A stretch of 64,000 bases of DNA from a virus (Duplodnaviria; Caudoviricetes), in the IMG/VR virus record IMGVR_UViG_3300021431_000075, positions 448,001-512,000 of that record; one strand, given 5' to 3'. Under the pieces are notes generated by a model. It did not search any database. It had not been told where the DNA came from and saw only the letters and a list, made by a program, of their open reading frames with translations. A program made the position numbers and the translations under genes. Every line of letters starts with the position of its first letter. The first letter of the stretch is position 1. Positions 59,899 through 64,000 of the stretch are shown here, one piece after another.

Positions 59899-61278
59899 TT
59901 ATGCGTTATAAACTTGCAAGAATGGAATAGTATAAGTATTTTCATTAATTCCTTTTTTATCGACAGTCATTTTATTATTTACATAATGAACACAATAAGA
60001 GTATATTAAATCATCACTGATGATGAAGCTGCTTGATATAAAAGTTCTTTCGAATGATGAAACCAAATCTTTTAAAGCATAAGAAAATTTATATTTGGAT
60101 AATGATTCATCAATTAAAGAAACGATATTTTCCAAATTACTGAATAATCCTTCAAGTTCATAAATTGCCGGAATGTACCAGTTTCCTTCTGTAGTTCCAA
60201 TCGGAGCATATTTGTATGTAATCATATTGGTTGGAAAGGTTCCTCGTTCATGATCGTCGCTAATTATTTGACTGTACCAATTCTCATCAAAATTTCCAAA
60301 TTTATCAATCTCGTCATTCATCATCTTATATAGTATCGGCTGGTTCTGATAACCGTGCATTTGAGATAACTGATTTATTAAATCTTTGTCCGGATTGAAT
60401 AAAAATGGTGCAAATGTGCAGAAACCATGTTTGATTTTATAACCGCTGCAACCATATTTGGGATAAAACAGGGATGCTATGTTCAATGCTGAAAATATCG
60501 CAGATTTGGTTCCAGGGATGACACATACAGCAATTGGATAGTTGAGCATGTCATCTTCAGTCTGCTGGCTGACAAGTTTTCCATCACGAGTTGCATACAG
60601 CAAAGAACCGATTTTGAAATCCTTGATTTTCTGGTTTGAACTTTCTGATAGATGAACCGGTCCTGTATATGACAATTGCGGTTTTCTAATTTTAATTGTT
60701 TGCTTGTTGTTTCCGAATAGTTTGGTGAACGTTAGCCTTATGTTTTGTGACTTTACTGAGAATTTGTCAAATATGCAACAATCATCAACAAATATGCTAT
60801 AATAATAGATTTCATCAGCATTGTGAGAAATTGTACTGATTAGTTTATAGAATAAGTTCGACCACAATCTGTAGGCATACTTAAAATCACAATCTTTGTT
60901 TAATTTGACATCTATAATAATATGTGGAAAAATGAAATCACTTGTTATTTCATTATATATTTCACGCATCTTTTCATAGATTTCCTTCCGGTTGATAAAA
61001 ATCTCATTTGACAATTTATTAACATCGCTTGTCTTACAAAACATTGCATCACCGATTTTATAACTAAAAATATGATACTCTATTAGAGGATGTGTTGATA
61101 GTATGTTATTTGTTGCTGTCAATAATGAGTATATTTGACGTTTTAACCGATTTTTAGCATAATCATATAGACATGTAAACGTTGATAGAATATCAAATCT
61201 TAACTGACAATCAAATTCAACATCATCAGTTATTTCGGTTGGTTCTATATTGTCAAAAAGGCTTTCGTTCAGTGTCAT
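59899..61278 (-). CDS. hypothetical late protein with WYIP..EL C-terminal domain
   Basis: AT-rich; MTLNESLFD leader, PIAVCVIP, GNWYIPAIYEL. Confidence 0.7.
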   Translation of the reverse strand: MTLNESLFDNIEPTEITDDVEFDCQLRFDILSTFTCLYDYAKNRLKRQIYSLLTATNNILSTHPLIEYHIFSYKIGDAMFCKTSDVNKLSNEIFINRKEIYEKMREIYNEITSDFIFPHIIIDVKLNKDCDFKYAYRLWSNLFYKLISTISHNADEIYYYSIFVDDCCIFDKFSVKSQNIRLTFTKLFGNNKQTIKIRKPQLSYTGPVHLSESSNQKIKDFKIGSLLYATRDGKLVSQQTEDDMLNYPIAVCVIPGTKSAIFSALNIASLFYPKYGCSGYKIKHGFCTFAPFLFNPDKDLINQLSQMHGYQNQPILYKMMNDEIDKFGNFDENWYSQIISDDHERGTFPTNMITYKYAPIGTTEGNWYIPAIYELEGLFSNLENIVSLIDESLSKYKFSYALKDLVSSFERTFISSSFIISDDLIYSYCVHYVNNKMTVDKKGINENTYTIPFLQVYNA

Positions 61279-61341
61279 GGAAAAACGATATTGTACATAT
61301 TAAGATATTTATCGTTTTCTGCCGAGCGAAAGCCTTTTTAA

Positions 61342-63999
61342 TCAAATCAGTTCTGGAATATCATAAATTCGATTGCTGCCGCTGGTCGGGCGTATCTGCG
61401 GGTTCTGCTCCAGTGAGTTTAAAGAAGCCGCTGACTGTTGATGCACTTCGTTCACATATATGTATGATGAAGGAGAAGCGAAGTAAATCTTGAATGATGC
61501 TCCGTTTTCATTGAATGTGGTCTTTAGCATTCGCAAGTGAATAACAGCAGTATTTGTGGCTCCAAATGCAACATATTTGTTATTGCCTTGTATGTCTATG
61601 AATACGGTTCCTGCTGACATTTCTCCGCCTGTCATGCCTGAATAGATCGGTTCCCATGTCGTTTCATTGTATCCGGTTATTTTTTTATTGATGCATATGT
61701 ACAAATCTTCAACAACAGGTCGTTCTATATTTGTATGATGATACAGGTTTGTCAGTTCTGGTGTTATGTGCAATTCCATCACATAGTAACCATTATAAGG
61801 AGACGCGGTGTTGCTTATAACATTCAATACATACTTCCTTAGATATTTCTCTATTGAGATGTTAAATGACTTTGCCGGCGCGTTGTTCGGGTCTCTTTTG
61901 TATAAGACTTCATAAGTATATTGGTTGGTTCCGTCTGCGATATATCTGAAACCGGAACTGTCAAACAACCATCCGCAATTCGGTTGTGTTGTAATTTCAT
62001 CACAGGTTGAATTATCAACATCAACGGTAAAGTCGTTCATGTGAACTTCCTTTGAACGGGTAGTGATGCCGTCCTTGACGATTTCCTTGTTTGCAAACGT
62101 AAACTTGAAACTTGAATCGGAACTTCTGACGCTCAATCCGTTTCCGGTTCCAATCCTTGATATGCTTCTGACTGGATATGCCTTTGCGCTGATGTTTATC
62201 GATATGGTCCTGTCTCCGTTCTTGCCGGTCATCTTTAAGAAATCTGTGAATGGATAATCTGTATAGACAAATGACGAATTGTCGATTGTGCGGTACTGCT
62301 TGTAGAAATCAATCGCAGTTTTTATTGAAACATAATGGCTATACGGAATGACTCTTTCAACATCATTGCTGTCTATCATCTTCAGTGTCGGAAGATTGTA
62401 GATGTTTGAATTCGTAGCAACTTGGATGATTTTTGTTCCTGTCAAGAAGTCTTTTATGTTGCTTGCCGTATATGTATTGCTATCGCCTGCCAATTTTATG
62501 TTTTGCAATACGGCAGACGGAATTCCTTGATTTATATTAATCAAGTATCTTCTTTTGAGAACATTCGTGGAACCGTGCATCTCATACTCTTCCACATATG
62601 ACTGGAAGTACACATGCGTATAGCAGCCTACGGCAGAGTTAAGATACATATATTCCTGTTCGTCCGTATATATCTCTATCTGGTCGTTCGAATAGTCGAA
62701 TTCTTGTTTTGTCGGAACGATTGCTACCGCTCTGAAGCATTCCACTGTTGTTGACGGTCTTTTCGACGCAGTTATTCTCACGCTATATATCTCTCCCTTG
62801 CTGCTTGTCGGCGAACCGTCTATAAGTGTTCCGATGGACCATTCAAGATGCGTGCTTGGTCTGTCGGATGAAGTCAGAAGTTCCCAACCTGGATCATCAG
62901 GTTCTGCATTTTTGTTTTGCGAGTAGTATATCTCAAACATATAACCGTCATATGAACTGTTGTCCAGCGGCTCGTTGTCTGGCAAAGTCAGGTTCCATGA
63001 GATGTCCCTGATATGACCTACGACTGTCGTATATAATTTTTTTGTTCCGGCTGTGTTGCTGGTCACGCTCCAGAACGGGTTGTAGTCGTCTGTTAGTGTC
63101 GTCTGGTATCCGCTTTGACCTTCGCCGTCATAAGTGTCTGAGAAAACAGCATATATGTCATACGTCTTGTACTTGACAGAGTCTATATAGAAGGCGACCG
63201 CGATTTTCTCTGTCCAGTTGTCGTTCAGAGAATATATGACATCCGGCCACTTGATTGTATTGTTATTGCCGTAAAAATAGCACTCTGCTGTATGGATTAT
63301 GTTGAACGACTCAAGTTCCGAACTCAAATAATAAATCAGCTTGTATGTGAATCCCGTATAGTCTTCGGTCGTTCTTGATATGCTCAATGCAATCTCCTTG
63401 TTGTATTTAGTCGGTGTTCTGAATGATAGCGGATTGCTTGTGTCTCCGTATCCTTTGACTTCATCCGAGATGACGACAGGTTCCATGCCATTGTAGTCTG
63501 TGCTGATAGTCAAGCCCGGCTGACCGATGACATAGAAATCATATGTTCTTGTGAACACAGGCTCGATGTTGATTATTATCGTCGATGCTTCTTGGTTGAT
63601 ATAGAAGTCGCAGTCGATATTCCAGTTCGGTTTGTCATATGCAAGTTCTTCCAATTCTGAAGTTTCCTCTATTGACTCGCCGTTCTCTATTATTTCCGTA
63701 GTGATTGAATAGTAAAGTTTCTCATAGCCGTAGTTTATCTGGCTGATGTTCAACGAGAAGTATGTGTATGCATATTCGGCAGGAGGTATCGGAAGACCGT
63801 CCTGTGAGACATAATACGCATAGATGTAGTAATCTTCGTCGCTTACGTCAACACATTCAAACCGTGGCAATGCTGAACCGATTTCTTCATCATACCTGTG
63901 CATATATGCAACATTTGCATTGATGAACGGAATGCCGGATACAGAATCGTTTTTCGGTATCCTTACATATATCTGCTTGTCGTTGTAGCCCTTGATTGC
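61342..63999 (-). CDS. large beta-rich putative virion protein, 5'-truncated by window edge
   Basis: frame of the 853-aa ORF stays open from 63903 to the window end. Confidence 0.8.
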   Translation of the reverse strand, partial: AIKGYNDKQIYVRIPKNDSVSGIPFINANVAYMHRYDEEIGSALPRFECVDVSDEDYYIYAYYVSQDGLPIPPAEYAYTYFSLNISQINYGYEKLYYSITTEIIENGESIEETSELEELAYDKPNWNIDCDFYINQEASTIIINIEPVFTRTYDFYVIGQPGLTISTDYNGMEPVVISDEVKGYGDTSNPLSFRTPTKYNKEIALSISRTTEDYTGFTYKLIYYLSSELESFNIIHTAECYFYGNNNTIKWPDVIYSLNDNWTEKIAVAFYIDSVKYKTYDIYAVFSDTYDGEGQSGYQTTLTDDYNPFWSVTSNTAGTKKLYTTVVGHIRDISWNLTLPDNEPLDNSSYDGYMFEIYYSQNKNAEPDDPGWELLTSSDRPSTHLEWSIGTLIDGSPTSSKGEIYSVRITASKRPSTTVECFRAVAIVPTKQEFDYSNDQIEIYTDEQEYMYLNSAVGCYTHVYFQSYVEEYEMHGSTNVLKRRYLININQGIPSAVLQNIKLAGDSNTYTASNIKDFLTGTKIIQVATNSNIYNLPTLKMIDSNDVERVIPYSHYVSIKTAIDFYKQYRTIDNSSFVYTDYPFTDFLKMTGKNGDRTISINISAKAYPVRSISRIGTGNGLSVRSSDSSFKFTFANKEIVKDGITTRSKEVHMNDFTVDVDNSTCDEITTQPNCGWLFDSSGFRYIADGTNQYTYEVLYKRDPNNAPAKSFNISIEKYLRKYVLNVISNTASPYNGYYVMELHITPELTNLYHHTNIERPVVEDLYICINKKITGYNETTWEPIYSGMTGGEMSAGTVFIDIQGNNKYVAFGATNTAVIHLRMLKTTFNENGASFKIYFASPSSYIYVNEVHQQSAASLNSLEQNPQIRPTSGSNRIYDIPELI

Positions 64000-64000
64000 A

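Noticed and set aside
123-63011. Numerous 60-200 aa ORFs antisense to or nested in long genes
   Set aside because: Shadow ORFs with no motifs, promoters or independent support
1-64000. TAG/TGA stop-codon reassignment as in Lak megaphages
   Set aside because: Conserved genes are full length in code 11, and TAG (341, 11245, 21012, 44210, 50577) and TGA (10051, 35219, 27888) end genes at sensible positions; the only internal TGA is in a gene that is also frameshifted

Overview
A 64-kb, gene-dense segment of a large T4-like (jumbo/mega) dsDNA tailed phage, read in the standard genetic code. The host is most likely a Bacteroidota, from -33 TTTG/-7 TAnnTTTG promoters and Bacteroidetes-type lipoproteins. 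Replication, recombination and transcription genes: split family-B polymerase N-half, gp41-like helicase, RecA/UvsX, UvsY-like, gp52-like topoisomerase subunit, RuvC-like resolvase, PD-(D/E)XK nuclease, gp55-like late sigma. Host-like genes: dnaK, dnaJ, clpX, MTA/SAH nucleosidase, a glycosyltransferase. DNA modification: a two-chain C5-MTase and an EcoRI-family adenine MTase. Virion and lysis genes: S74-chaperone fibre, three paralogous fibre-like proteins, gp53-like wedge, tail chaperone with a probable +1 frameshift, lysozyme, spanin-like protein. Also a repeat-array GIY-YIG endonuclease, a disrupted PRTase and an atypical tRNA-Pro(CGG). Four promoter classes can be read from the intergenic DNA: host housekeeping, a phage TTAAACY-N16-GTATAC class before replication genes, (G/A/T)ATAAATA late boxes, and a sigma54 promoter with TGACA-N3-TGTCA before dnaK. 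All assignments come from motif recognition by eye; no database searches were run.
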